From: Candidatus Bathyarchaeota archaeon
GTDB taxonomy: Archaea; Thermoproteota; Bathyarchaeia; Bathyarchaeales; Bathycorpusculaceae
Assembly (NCBI GenBank): GCA_963826715.1
Contig: CAWGYA010000008.1
Span: 1,184,001 to 1,248,000 of the forward strand
Direction: 5' to 3'
DNA: 64,000 nucleotides
The position numbers and the translations under genes are program-made. Under the pieces are notes generated by a model, which ran no database searches, was not told where the DNA came from, and worked only from the letters and a program-made list of their open reading frames with translations. This document shows positions 31,494 through 40,827 of this stretch, one piece after another. Each line of letters starts with the position of its first letter. Position 1 is the stretch's first letter.

Positions 31494-32878
31494 CATCAAG
31501 CAAACAACCAACCAAATTCACGCCTCCATCAAACAAAATACAGTAGCGCTAAGTGCTGACCCACAACAATTCATCGAGCAAATTCTCGGCTTCAAACTAT
31601 ACTCATACCAAAAAGACTTCACTGAACTCTTCAAAAACAACCAATTCACCGCAGCCCGATGGTGCAGACAAAGCGGAAAAACTTACCTAATATGCGCATT
31701 ACTGCTCTGGTATGCAGTAACATATCCAAACAGCGCCATAGGAGTTGTTGGACCATCCTGGCGACAAACCAAACGCATCATAACCCGCATAACCAACTTC
31801 ACACACAACCTCCCACCACAAATCACATTTAAACCCCAAAAAACCCAAATAAAATTCACAAACGGAAGCAGCATAGAAGCCTTCCCAAACAACCCCGAAA
31901 CCATCAGAGGACCAACACTTCACCTAGTTTACGCTGATGAATTAAACTTCGTAGCCAACGACCAAGAACTCTACGACTCCATCCTCTACACATTAGGAAC
32001 AACCGACGGTAAATTCGTCTGCAGCAGCACCCCATGGCACACCGACAGCCTCTTCTACAAAATATTTAACCACAAAGACTACAGCATTTTCAAAACCTCT
32101 CACGTCCCAATTGAAAGAGCCTTAAGCCCAGAAGGACCACTAAAACCCAACATTATCCAACGCATAAAAACCCAAATGGGCGATGACCCATCACGCTGGC
32201 GCCGAGAAATGCACGCTGAATGGACTGAAGACGAAGACGTTTGGCTACCCCAAAGCCTAATCGCCGCTCTGCCTCGGCACCAAAAAAAACTGCCCAGAAG
32301 AACTCGCCGCTTTTGATCCTCAAACTCCCCAAGAAGGCGAATTCTTCGCTGGACTAGATTTAGCACAAACCCGCGACTACAGCGTCCTTTCAGTAATAGA
32401 ACGCAGAAACGATATCCTCTACCTGAGGCATCTAAAAATTTTCCAACAACCCGCAATCTACGCCAACATAATAGGTTACATAAAAACACTTCAAGACCGC
32501 TGGAACGGCTTTGAACGCATTCGAGTGGACTTCACCCGAGAAGGTCCCTCATTCATAGCCGACATGCAAAACGCCGGTATCGAAAACGCTGAAGGCGTCA
32601 ACTTTAGTGTCCCACGTAAAAGTGAAATGGCTGGCCTCCTCAAACAGCGTATGCTAAACAAACAATTCTTCTATCCACTACTAACTTGGGAACGACCTTA
32701 CAGAGGAGAAATCTGCAACGAACTCAACATAGAACGCTTCAACCTAAGAAAAGACGGCAACATCGGCTTCTCCCACCCACAAGGCACACACGACGATGTA
32801 TTCTGGAGCATAACACTTGCAATCTACTCAACCGCAAACATGGAACCGGAACCTTACCTGGCGATAATTCCCCTTTAA
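31426..32878 (+). pseudogene. Terminase large subunit interrupted by a +1 frameshift (ATPase 31426-32316; nuclease frame 32261-32878)
   Basis: Walker A RQSGKT, Walker B VYADE, SSTP coupling motif; the +1 frame gives FFAGLDLAQTRDYS...VDFT...GTHDDVFWS (RNase H-like nuclease). Confidence 0.85.
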
Positions 32879-33120
32879 TAACCCAAACCCAAACCAAACA
32901 TCTCCCACTACCACAACCTAACCAAACCATGCAAGAAGTGAACAAAAAATCAAGCTCCCCACAAGTAAAACACAGCTAAAAAACAAACCAAAACAGAAAA
33001 CCAGCCCAAACCACAACCCACGAAGTGAAAAAACAAAAAACCCCACAACCACGCAAAACAAAAAACCTTTTATCCCAAGTAAACTTCAAAAACAAACCAA
33101 GAAAGAACAAAATCCCTTCA
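32879..33120. repeat. A/C-rich low-complexity tract
   Basis: Hand count 156/180 nt A+C in 32881-33060; AAACC/ACAACC-like units. Confidence 0.85.
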
Positions 33121-33216
33121 ATTAATATATATTTTATTTTTTTAACTATAGAATATTTGTGAAATTTTAAGAGAAATATTTCACCATTATAGCTTGCCGA
33201 GAATCGCAAAACCGAC

Positions 33217-33316
33217 AATGAGACGAGCTTAGCGAATCTTGTTCAACAACCAAAAGTATCCCGCATTTGATCTCTTTTCAACCCGATGTTGGATACTAAT
33301 TCGCTGAGCATTCATT
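33217..33316 (+). ncRNA. Candidate structured RNA (long bulged hairpin)
   Basis: 33227-33237 pairs with 33299-33309, 33255-33261 with 33291-33297, 33217-33222 with 33311-33316; non-Watson-Crick pairs are G-U on the + strand. Confidence 0.4.
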
Positions 33317-33422
33317 TTTAGTAAGGGTGAGAGTTGGATTAAATCTGATTATTTTGGATTCAGTTGGTATTTCACAAATATTAAGTAATAATAAAGCCTA
33401 CTGTGCCCCAGGTAACCAATCA

Positions 33423-33686
33423 ATGACCTTAACCCTTGATCCTCAAACCAACACCCGAGTACAACTGGTAATTCACAGTTTATGCTTAAGCTGCTTAGGA
33501 GAAGCAATTTTCCTCCAAGTTTTAGTATTCTCCTCCATCTTAGGACAAGGTTACTTCAGAGCAGTGGAAACAAACTCAAGCATTCTTGCCTTCGAACTGC
33601 TCCTCATCGCTTTCACAACCATTTACTTCATCTACCTTTATCAAAAAACAATTCGCTCAAGCCTAAAACGCCAAACCGCAACCTAA
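33423..33686 (+). CDS. Small two-TM membrane protein
   Basis: ATG at 33423 (MTLTLDPQ) within the 33327 ORF; two hydrophobic helices, basic C-terminus. Confidence 0.55.
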   Translation: MTLTLDPQTNTRVQLVIHSLCLSCLGEAIFLQVLVFSSILGQGYFRAVETNSSILAFELLLIAFTTIYFIYLYQKTIRSSLKRQTAT

Positions 33687-33794
33687 CACCCAAAACCTAA
33701 GAAACATACCCAAACCCGCTAATTTTCAACTCACATTTAAAACATCCACAAACAACAAAACCCACAATAACCTTCAAAAGCAACCCATAAACCA

Positions 33795-34433
33795 TTGATT
33801 GCAATAATGATACCTGTTCTAAATGTTAATTGGCAAAGCCCATCAACCGAATACTCCCTCAGCGAACGCGACGCAGGTATCCTCTCGCTGATTGAAACCG
33901 AAGACTTAGCAGTCTTCACTTTCGATGGGCTCAAACGCAGAACAGGTTTGCATCCTGAAACACTCTCCCGAATACTCGCTCGACTCGAACAAGATGGCAT
34001 CATTAAAAAAGGACCCGACGGCTACCACGTAACCCCCAAAATTACCGAACTAAAACTTCACACCCCACGAGCCGAAGCGCCCACTACACCACTTATCCAA
34101 ACTTTTTTGCCCTCCGACCTACGCACTCAACAACTTATCCTCTCGCTAAGAGGCAAATGGTTTGGTAAACTGCGATGGCTGGGCATATCAGAGAATCTCC
34201 AAGGCGTCACCCTTAAATGGATAACTGAAGATGGAGGAATCCAAATCGCAGCAAACATCCAAGGCACCGCGCTTAACATCGAAGCAAAGTTCTTAACCAA
34301 CAACAACCTCAACGCAGCACTCAAAGCTTCATACCAGCTGATGTCACTGATCGGCAAAATGTGCATAGCCTCAAGCCGACCCCCAATCGCCCGAAACGTG
34401 GGATACTTCGGTCGTCAATACATGCCCGCATAA
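33795..34433 (+). CDS. Winged-helix DNA-binding protein with uncharacterised C-terminal domain
   Basis: LSERD..IL, FTFDGLKRRTGLHPETLSRILARLEQDGII..GYHVT. Confidence 0.75.
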   Translation: MIAIMIPVLNVNWQSPSTEYSLSERDAGILSLIETEDLAVFTFDGLKRRTGLHPETLSRILARLEQDGIIKKGPDGYHVTPKITELKLHTPRAEAPTTPLIQTFLPSDLRTQQLILSLRGKWFGKLRWLGISENLQGVTLKWITEDGGIQIAANIQGTALNIEAKFLTNNNLNAALKASYQLMSLIGKMCIASSRPPIARNVGYFGRQYMPA

Positions 34434-34591
34434 GAGGGTATTCAAAAGATTTTCATTAAGCAGAAATAAGATTGCCAGCTCCGTTTCCATTATTTCTTCA
34501 AATAAACTCAAGGAACTGACGCAAAAAAGATAAAAAAAGAAAAATTATTGAATAGTTATGTCTTGCTTAATTGTCGCCGTTTGATTTCGGG

Positions 34592-34765
34592 TTACTGGAC
34601 TACTTCTAGGAAGCACACCGCATCAGAGCTTAGCTCAACGCTAGAGTGATCAATTAGGTGTGCGGTGCCATCAGGACAGTAGACTTTGTCGCCTTTCACG
34701 GCTCTTTGATATCGTTTGCTGCATTCTTTTAGTTTGGAGCATCCGTCACAATCTCTTGAAAGCAT
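34592..34765 (-). CDS. Small Cys/His-rich putative metal-binding protein (57 aa, not in ORF track)
   Basis: MLSRDCDGCSKLKECSKRYQRAVKGDKVYCPDGTAHLID...; GGAGA SD-like sequence upstream, TATA-like tract ~34830-34850. Confidence 0.6.
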   Translation of the reverse strand: MLSRDCDGCSKLKECSKRYQRAVKGDKVYCPDGTAHLIDHSSVELSSDAVCFLEVVQ

Positions 34766-35155
34766 TTTGTTTCATCTCCACTTATTCAACAAATAAAGGG
34801 TGACGGCTGCCTATATAGGTGCCCCACATAAAATATATAGTTAATATATTAAAAAACTCTTTAATCAAAAAAGGCAGCGCTAAAGTATCCTCAAACTAAA
34901 AATATAAAAAAATAGCCAATAACCCCACAAAACAAATCGCGCATCGCAGAGACGCTGAAATTCAACAGCGATACATCTAAAAGTGCATCACCAATAAATA
35001 AGATAATTGAAGAAAAAGTTACCAAGATATTTAATTAGTCAAATTGTTAAGCGCAAGGTTTGTTTTTGTGCGACGAAAGGTTTTAATGTCCCCTTTAAGT
35101 CTCATAGGTGCACCAACGTATAATAAACTGCAAAACAATGGATTGATGGACCAAG

Positions 35156-35464
35156 ATGGTTAGAAAAGCAAGAATACGCCTCACAAGCACCGATTACGCG
35201 AAACTAGAAGAGGTTTGCGGAGAACTTAGGAGTATCGCTCAAAAAACAGGCGTAAAAATGAATGGTCCAGTACCGCTTCCCACTAAACGTCTCCGCGTTC
35301 CAGTCCTTAAGGGCCCATCCGGCGAAGGCACAGCAACATGGGATCGATGGGAAATGCGCATACACAAACGCTTAATCGACATCGACTCAGAAGAGCGTGT
35401 AATGCGCAGAATTATGCGAATCCGTGTACCTGAAGAAGTGCACGTAACAATCGAGCTCATCTAA
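35156..35464 (+). CDS. rps10: 30S ribosomal protein S10 (uS10)
   Basis: [28 protein letters not shown]. Confidence 0.98.
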   Translation: MVRKARIRLTSTDYAKLEEVCGELRSIAQKTGVKMNGPVPLPTKRLRVPVLKGPSGEGTATWDRWEMRIHKRLIDIDSEERVMRRIMRIRVPEEVHVTIELI

Positions 35465-35598
35465 AACTTTTAATTTTTTTTAATTTCTGATTCTTTATTA
35501 GCGCAAGCACTTTCAATTTTTAGAAGTGAAAACTTGATAGAGAGAATTACTTTTAGTTAATCACCTAACTAGTCTGTGGTGGCAACTGAACTACTCTA

Positions 35599-36405
35599 TC
35601 AAAAGAAAAGAAGCCAACCAAAAATCACCGTAAGGAGGACACTGGGAATAAATGCTGCTACCCAAACAGACTTGTTTAAGAGAAATATTTTATAGCCATC
35701 CAAAACTCCAAAAGGAACCAAATTGAAGAGGGCCATAAACGAGTTTATGTAACCTGAGAAAACAAACATCCACGTGAAATCGTTAAATGGTAGACCAAAC
35801 GATAAGCCCAAAAACAATCCTGCAAGAGCCATGTTGGTTATAACTCCCGCAACGGAGATCTTCACCATATCCCTAGCCGATGGTGTGTTCCCACCAATCA
35901 TCATTGCACCAGGAGCAATCATTTTGAAGGGCAAAAATACGGAAAAAAAAGTCAAGATAGCTCCCCAGGTGGTCAGTCGAAATTCAGCCCACATCCCAGC
36001 TTTCTGCGCCATAACTTTATGCGCAATCTCATGAATCAAAAAAGATGCCATCATAATGGCTGCAAAAGACGCTATAACAACCCAGCTCCAGCTGAAACTG
36101 TATAGAGCCATCGAAAAGCCAATTCCTAAGACAAGAGCCGCTGCAATGCCTATATGCTTAAATTCTTTTTGACTAAAACGTATACGATACTTGCGCTTGA
36201 AGGGATCTTGACCAATTGCATAACTGTAATTATAAGAATTATACGCTTGCTGAGTCATAACTCGCTGTTGCGTTTGTGTGCGGGCATTGTTAATTCCTAA
36301 GCAGTGGTGATTTTCGGGTAGACGGTGTGCACTGCAATATTGTCCACCGCAGAAAGGACAGCGGAACGGTAGAATAGTTTCTTGCCCACATGTTTGGCAT
36401 TTCAT
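35599..36405 (-). CDS. AN1-type zinc finger + M50 (site-2) intramembrane peptidase
   Basis: CQTC...CPFCGGQYCSAHRLPENHHC; HEIAH; FNLVPFGVLDG. Confidence 0.9.
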   Translation of the reverse strand: MKCQTCGQETILPFRCPFCGGQYCSAHRLPENHHCLGINNARTQTQQRVMTQQAYNSYNYSYAIGQDPFKRKYRIRFSQKEFKHIGIAAALVLGIGFSMALYSFSWSWVVIASFAAIMMASFLIHEIAHKVMAQKAGMWAEFRLTTWGAILTFFSVFLPFKMIAPGAMMIGGNTPSARDMVKISVAGVITNMALAGLFLGLSFGLPFNDFTWMFVFSGYINSFMALFNLVPFGVLDGYKIFLLNKSVWVAAFIPSVLLTVIFGWLLFF

Positions 36406-36552
36406 TAATTTAGCGCCTTTTCCAAGTTAATGCAGGTGGTATCTTATATTTTTACGCCAAAACCTACTCTAAATTATACCTATTCATTATTTGCAAAAAC
36501 GCTTTAAACAACCAAAGCATAACAGGCAAGAGAAAACAGGGGACTCTTTCAC

Positions 36553-37758
36553 TTGAAACAGTTTAGTTTTGTCCACGCTTCGGACTTACATCTTGGTTAC
36601 GCACAATACGGGCTTGAAGTACGCAGACAAGACTTCGACAACGCCTTTAGCGAACTTGTGGATAAAACCATCGAATTAAAACCTGACTTCATGATTATAG
36701 CAGGCGACCTCTTTCACCAAGCAAGACCATCAAACCACACCTTAGAAAACACTATACGCAGCTTCAAACGACTAAAAGACGCAGAAATTCCTGTTTTAAC
36801 CGTAGACGGAAGCCACGACTCAGCACCCAATACCATAACCAGCACAATCCTCTACCCCCTTGACAGTGCAGGCTTAATTTTTCATCTTCCACGACACAAA
36901 GGTGCATGCTGGAGCAAACCAGGCTGCTGCTACGTCTATGGCATACCAAACTACCATAATCGACACAAAACAGACGAAGCCCTCCCCAAATTCATGACGG
37001 AAAACCCCCCGACACCCCAAGCAGATATCGCCAACATTTTTGTTTTCCACGGCGCACTCGATTTACCCGAAGTTACCCCCCCATATATCGAAGCCGAAAT
37101 TTCCCCTAAACTCATTCCCAGCGGTTTCTGCTACTATGCGGCAGGGCATGTACACGATCGATATATTGGAAAATTTAAGGATGGCTTACTGATTTACAGC
37201 GGCTGTACTGAAACTGTCAGCTACGACGAAGCAAAAATCCAAAAAGGCTTCTTCCATGTTAAGGTAGATGCAACTGGACATGTGCAACCTGAATTGATCC
37301 AACTTAATTCTCCCAGACGATTTGTCATCTTGGAATATGATTATTCAGCGATGGCGCCAGTGCAAATTACAGAACAAGCAGCCCAGATGGTCAGAGAAGC
37401 CGACGAACCCGATGTAGTGATTATTCCAATTTTAAAAGGTACCCTATCAGTAGAAGCCACACGCACCGAAATCGATATACCAAAAATCCGTGGTACCGCC
37501 CAAAAAGCCCTGTTGGTACATCCCATCGTCCAGCTTAAGGAAACCGCAGTTTCCGATGAAGTCGTTCGATCAATTTTTGAGGGCGACTTTAAAGATTTGA
37601 AAACTAAAGCGTTTGAGTATTTTGTCCAAATATTCATAGATCGCTACGGCCAAGAAGATGCCCAACGCATCGCCAAAGGAGCTTTGGCGTTAATTGAGCC
37701 GCTAACCCGAAAGCAAGACGAAAAAGTTAAGCAAACCATAGAGGAATTAACGCAGTGA
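36553..37758 (+). CDS. mre11: DNA double-strand break repair nuclease Mre11
   Basis: SDLHLG, AGDLF, GSHD, FH, GHVH, YSG; overlaps rad50. Confidence 0.9.
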   Translation: MKQFSFVHASDLHLGYAQYGLEVRRQDFDNAFSELVDKTIELKPDFMIIAGDLFHQARPSNHTLENTIRSFKRLKDAEIPVLTVDGSHDSAPNTITSTILYPLDSAGLIFHLPRHKGACWSKPGCCYVYGIPNYHNRHKTDEALPKFMTENPPTPQADIANIFVFHGALDLPEVTPPYIEAEISPKLIPSGFCYYAAGHVHDRYIGKFKDGLLIYSGCTETVSYDEAKIQKGFFHVKVDATGHVQPELIQLNSPRRFVILEYDYSAMAPVQITEQAAQMVREADEPDVVIIPILKGTLSVEATRTEIDIPKIRGTAQKALLVHPIVQLKETAVSDEVVRSIFEGDFKDLKTKAFEYFVQIFIDRYGQEDAQRIAKGALALIEPLTRKQDEKVKQTIEELTQ

Positions 37759-39848
37759 AAATCGACATTGTACAGCTGGAAAACATCCGCAGCCACACAA
37801 AATCTACAGTACCCTTCACACGCGGCTTTAACTGTGTTATAGGCGGAGTAGGCTGTGGAAAATCCAGTGTGCTATACGCTGTGGATTTTGCTTTATTCGG
37901 TGACACCATTGGTAGTCGAAGTTTTGAGTATTTGCTCCGAGAAGGAGTTGAAGCATGCAAAGTTACCTTGCAGTTTACCCAGAATGGGGAAACCTACAAG
38001 ATAGTGCGCGGCTTAAGACGAAAAGGCAAAAGCATAACTCAGGACTCCGAGCAACTCAAGCTCTATGAAAATGAACGGCTAATAGCTAGCATGAAAAACG
38101 ACGCTATCGCCGAGCAGCTTAAAGCCATCACTGGACTTGACAAGGATCTGTACCGTGAAATCGTTTGGTTCCGCCAAGAGCACCTAAAAGAATTACTAGA
38201 TGCGAAACCACGTGATAGACAAACACGCCTAGACGAGCTGTTTGGGCTATCAGACTATGAACTTGCTTGGAGCCAAATTGCCCAATACCAACGCGACTAC
38301 GAAACAGAAAAACGCATCTACGAAAAAGACCCAGATGTCAATGCATTAGAAAAACTCAGCGGACAATACAATCGAGCAAGTGAAGAATTCACTCTGTTAG
38401 AAATGGATTTAGAGAATTCAGTCCAGAAACTCGAAGTAGCCAAACGGCTTTTGGAGGAAACAGAAACCACTCTCATGCTACTGGAAGAGAAAAAACTCAC
38501 TGTAGAGGAACTAAAACAAAAAGAAGCCCGCCTCAATGCGAACATCTCCAACATGGCCCGAACTTTTGCTTCATTAACCGAACGAATCGCAGGAAAAAAA
38601 ACCATTCTCGACAACTTACAATCACGCAAAGTTACGTTAGATAACCAAATACAGCAAAGCCTAAGCAAACTAGAGCAAGCAGGGTTGCCTAAAAATCAAT
38701 CAATCGAACATATCAAAACCTTTTTAGCAGGATTTGACGAGAAAATCACATCCAAGCGCGCCGAGCAAGAAGCTACATCTCACAACCTGCAACAAGACCA
38801 AAAAAGGTTGTCACAACTCAGTGGTGGCGAAGGCGAATGTCCACTTTGCAATCAGTCTTTATCGGGCAACTACAGAACAGAATTGAAACAAAGCATTCAG
38901 AATGAGAACGCACAACGCGAAAAAACAATTAACATTCTACGCCTTGAAGTTGCCTCGCTGCAGAAAGCAAAAATCATTGCCAATGAAGCCTACAACAGCT
39001 TACAAACCTGCCAAACTCGCAGCACCGACTTAAAGGTCCGAATCACCGAGGAAGAAGTCAACCTCAAAACCCTCTGTAACGAACTCGAAGCCCAACAACA
39101 AGAAGAGACATCCCAACACAATGAGCTTGAACTGCTGGTGGCCGAAATAGCAAAGTTTGACCTTTCCGAGCTGCAGGTTGCCAAAGGCAAAAAAGAGCAA
39201 GCTCTACGGCAGGTTTACACAATTGAGGCGGATTTACGCACCAAGGAAAATCGCAAGAAAGACCTTTCTCGACAATTAGATGACACCAAAGAACGTATTG
39301 ATGCTGCACAGGAAAAACTGGACCGTGTGGATAAGATTCGTCGAACCGTTGAACTTCTTGGTGCTGTACGCGATGCTTATCGCAGTATTCAACCTAAACT
39401 TCGAGGTGAATTCGTAAAGGTTCTGCGCAACTTTGTGCAACAAATTCTGGACAGCTTAGTAGGTGGGGAAACTCCAATGCTTAACATTGTTATCGACGAA
39501 AAATATACACCATACATAAAAAGTGAATCAGGTATTGAGCGTGAAGTTGCTAACCTTTCTGGTGGCGAGCGAACGTTGTTGGCGTTTGCTTACCGCTTGG
39601 GTTTGGGTCAGCTAATTATGCAGTCACGCACTGGTCACGGTTTGAGTCTGCTTATGCTTGATGAACCAACTGAGAATCTTGGTAGCGAAGACGGGAGCAT
39701 TGAGCGATTAGCAGAGGCGATTAGCCGCTTTAAAGCTATTGAGCAAATTATCGCCGTGACGCACAGTGAAGCTTTCGCCGCTAAAGGGGATCATGTAGTC
39801 GTTTTGGAGAAGGACTTGGGCGTGAGCAAAATCTCTATCGAGCGCTGA
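37755..39848 (+). CDS. rad50: DNA double-strand break repair ATPase Rad50
   Basis: NIRSH, GVGCGKSS, Q-loop RQ, CPLC zinc hook, LSGGE, LDEPT, VTH. Confidence 0.9.
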   Translation: MKIDIVQLENIRSHTKSTVPFTRGFNCVIGGVGCGKSSVLYAVDFALFGDTIGSRSFEYLLREGVEACKVTLQFTQNGETYKIVRGLRRKGKSITQDSEQLKLYENERLIASMKNDAIAEQLKAITGLDKDLYREIVWFRQEHLKELLDAKPRDRQTRLDELFGLSDYELAWSQIAQYQRDYETEKRIYEKDPDVNALEKLSGQYNRASEEFTLLEMDLENSVQKLEVAKRLLEETETTLMLLEEKKLTVEELKQKEARLNANISNMARTFASLTERIAGKKTILDNLQSRKVTLDNQIQQSLSKLEQAGLPKNQSIEHIKTFLAGFDEKITSKRAEQEATSHNLQQDQKRLSQLSGGEGECPLCNQSLSGNYRTELKQSIQNENAQREKTINILRLEVASLQKAKIIANEAYNSLQTCQTRSTDLKVRITEEEVNLKTLCNELEAQQQEETSQHNELELLVAEIAKFDLSELQVAKGKKEQALRQVYTIEADLRTKENRKKDLSRQLDDTKERIDAAQEKLDRVDKIRRTVELLGAVRDAYRSIQPKLRGEFVKVLRNFVQQILDSLVGGETPMLNIVIDEKYTPYIKSESGIEREVANLSGGERTLLAFAYRLGLGQLIMQSRTGHGLSLLMLDEPTENLGSEDGSIERLAEAISRFKAIEQIIAVTHSEAFAAKGDHVVVLEKDLGVSKISIER

Positions 39849-40072
39849 CAAATGATTCATAATATCTTCCACTGTTATAGCTCAGGTATTGCTGAAAAAT
39901 GCTTGCCAAATGCCTTAGCCTTAGGAAATTTTTGGTTTATTTAAAGCAAAATTCCTTCCTCTTACGCAGCTTAATTCGGAAGAAAATCATGCTTTTCTGT
40001 CCAACACTTAAACACTTGGAAAAGCTTATATTGAATTTCAAACTAAAGGAAGTTAGATACTCGGTGATTTAA

Positions 40073-40582
40073 TTGGACAAAAAAACAATATACATCATCG
40101 TCGCGGTTTTAATCGTCGTGATTGTTGTCGGTGTTGCAGGTTATATGTTACTCAATAACGGAAACAATGCACCCGAAGCAACTCCCACACCAACTCCAGC
40201 TCCAAACGTTGCAGATGCCACCAGTCTACAATTCGTAGCTAACGTAACAAGCCAAGGACAAACCACCGCATACACATGGCAAGGCGAAAACATTCACGGT
40301 GCAGCTATGATCCGTGTTGACTTTTCAACCTACTCATACATTCTAGATGCCTCTCAAGAGAAATCTTGGATCAGCACTGACAGCGGCGCCACATGGACAG
40401 CCAGCGATTTCGCTACCGACTGGATAGCCTGGAGTCCTCAATGGTCAGACTACGTTGCTAACTTAGAACACTGGACAGGAAGCGTTGAATACACCTACAC
40501 CAACACAGTTGGCGAAGCGATTGTACTATACTCCATTGCAGTTAATCCAACAATAGACCCAGCAACATTTGTTGCCACTTAA
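40073..40582 (+). CDS. Membrane-anchored extracellular protein with PT linker
   Basis: N-terminal TM, ATPTPTPAP linker, Trp/Thr-rich domain. Confidence 0.7.
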   Translation: MDKKTIYIIVAVLIVVIVVGVAGYMLLNNGNNAPEATPTPTPAPNVADATSLQFVANVTSQGQTTAYTWQGENIHGAAMIRVDFSTYSYILDASQEKSWISTDSGATWTASDFATDWIAWSPQWSDYVANLEHWTGSVEYTYTNTVGEAIVLYSIAVNPTIDPATFVAT

Positions 40583-40827
40583 GCAACCGCGTTTGTTGGA
40601 TTTCCTAAACCAACCCTTTCCCTTTTTTGACAAAACTTCTTAAGCAGCAGTTATTTTTTATTAAATTCAAGCCGCCATAAGAAGTACATCTCAAAGTCAG
40701 CGGGTTATCTTGCCGTTATGGTCGCAGATTTAGTGCTTGGTATTTTTTATCATGCCGCAAACTTTCGTGTTAATTTTATTTTTATGAATTATCAACGTTG
40801 TTTACAAAAATACGAAGTTAAACGGTA

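Noticed and set aside
32879-33120. CRISPR array or telomere-like tandem repeat
   Set aside because: No constant repeat unit or repeat-spacer periodicity; no cas genes in the window
30960-33140. Terminal inverted or direct repeats bounding the terminase module (ATATTAAT ~31013 and ATTAATAT ~33121)
   Set aside because: Only 8 bp of pure A/T in AT-rich DNA, expected by chance; no att site or target duplication could be supported
32686-33218. ORFs 32686-32979, 32739-32945 and 32976-33218
   Set aside because: Products of the low-complexity A/C tract, which has few stop codons; no protein-like features
40670-40760. Possible hairpin (CCATAA/TTATGG) between convergent genes
   Set aside because: Short, weak pairing; not distinguishable from chance or terminator sequence
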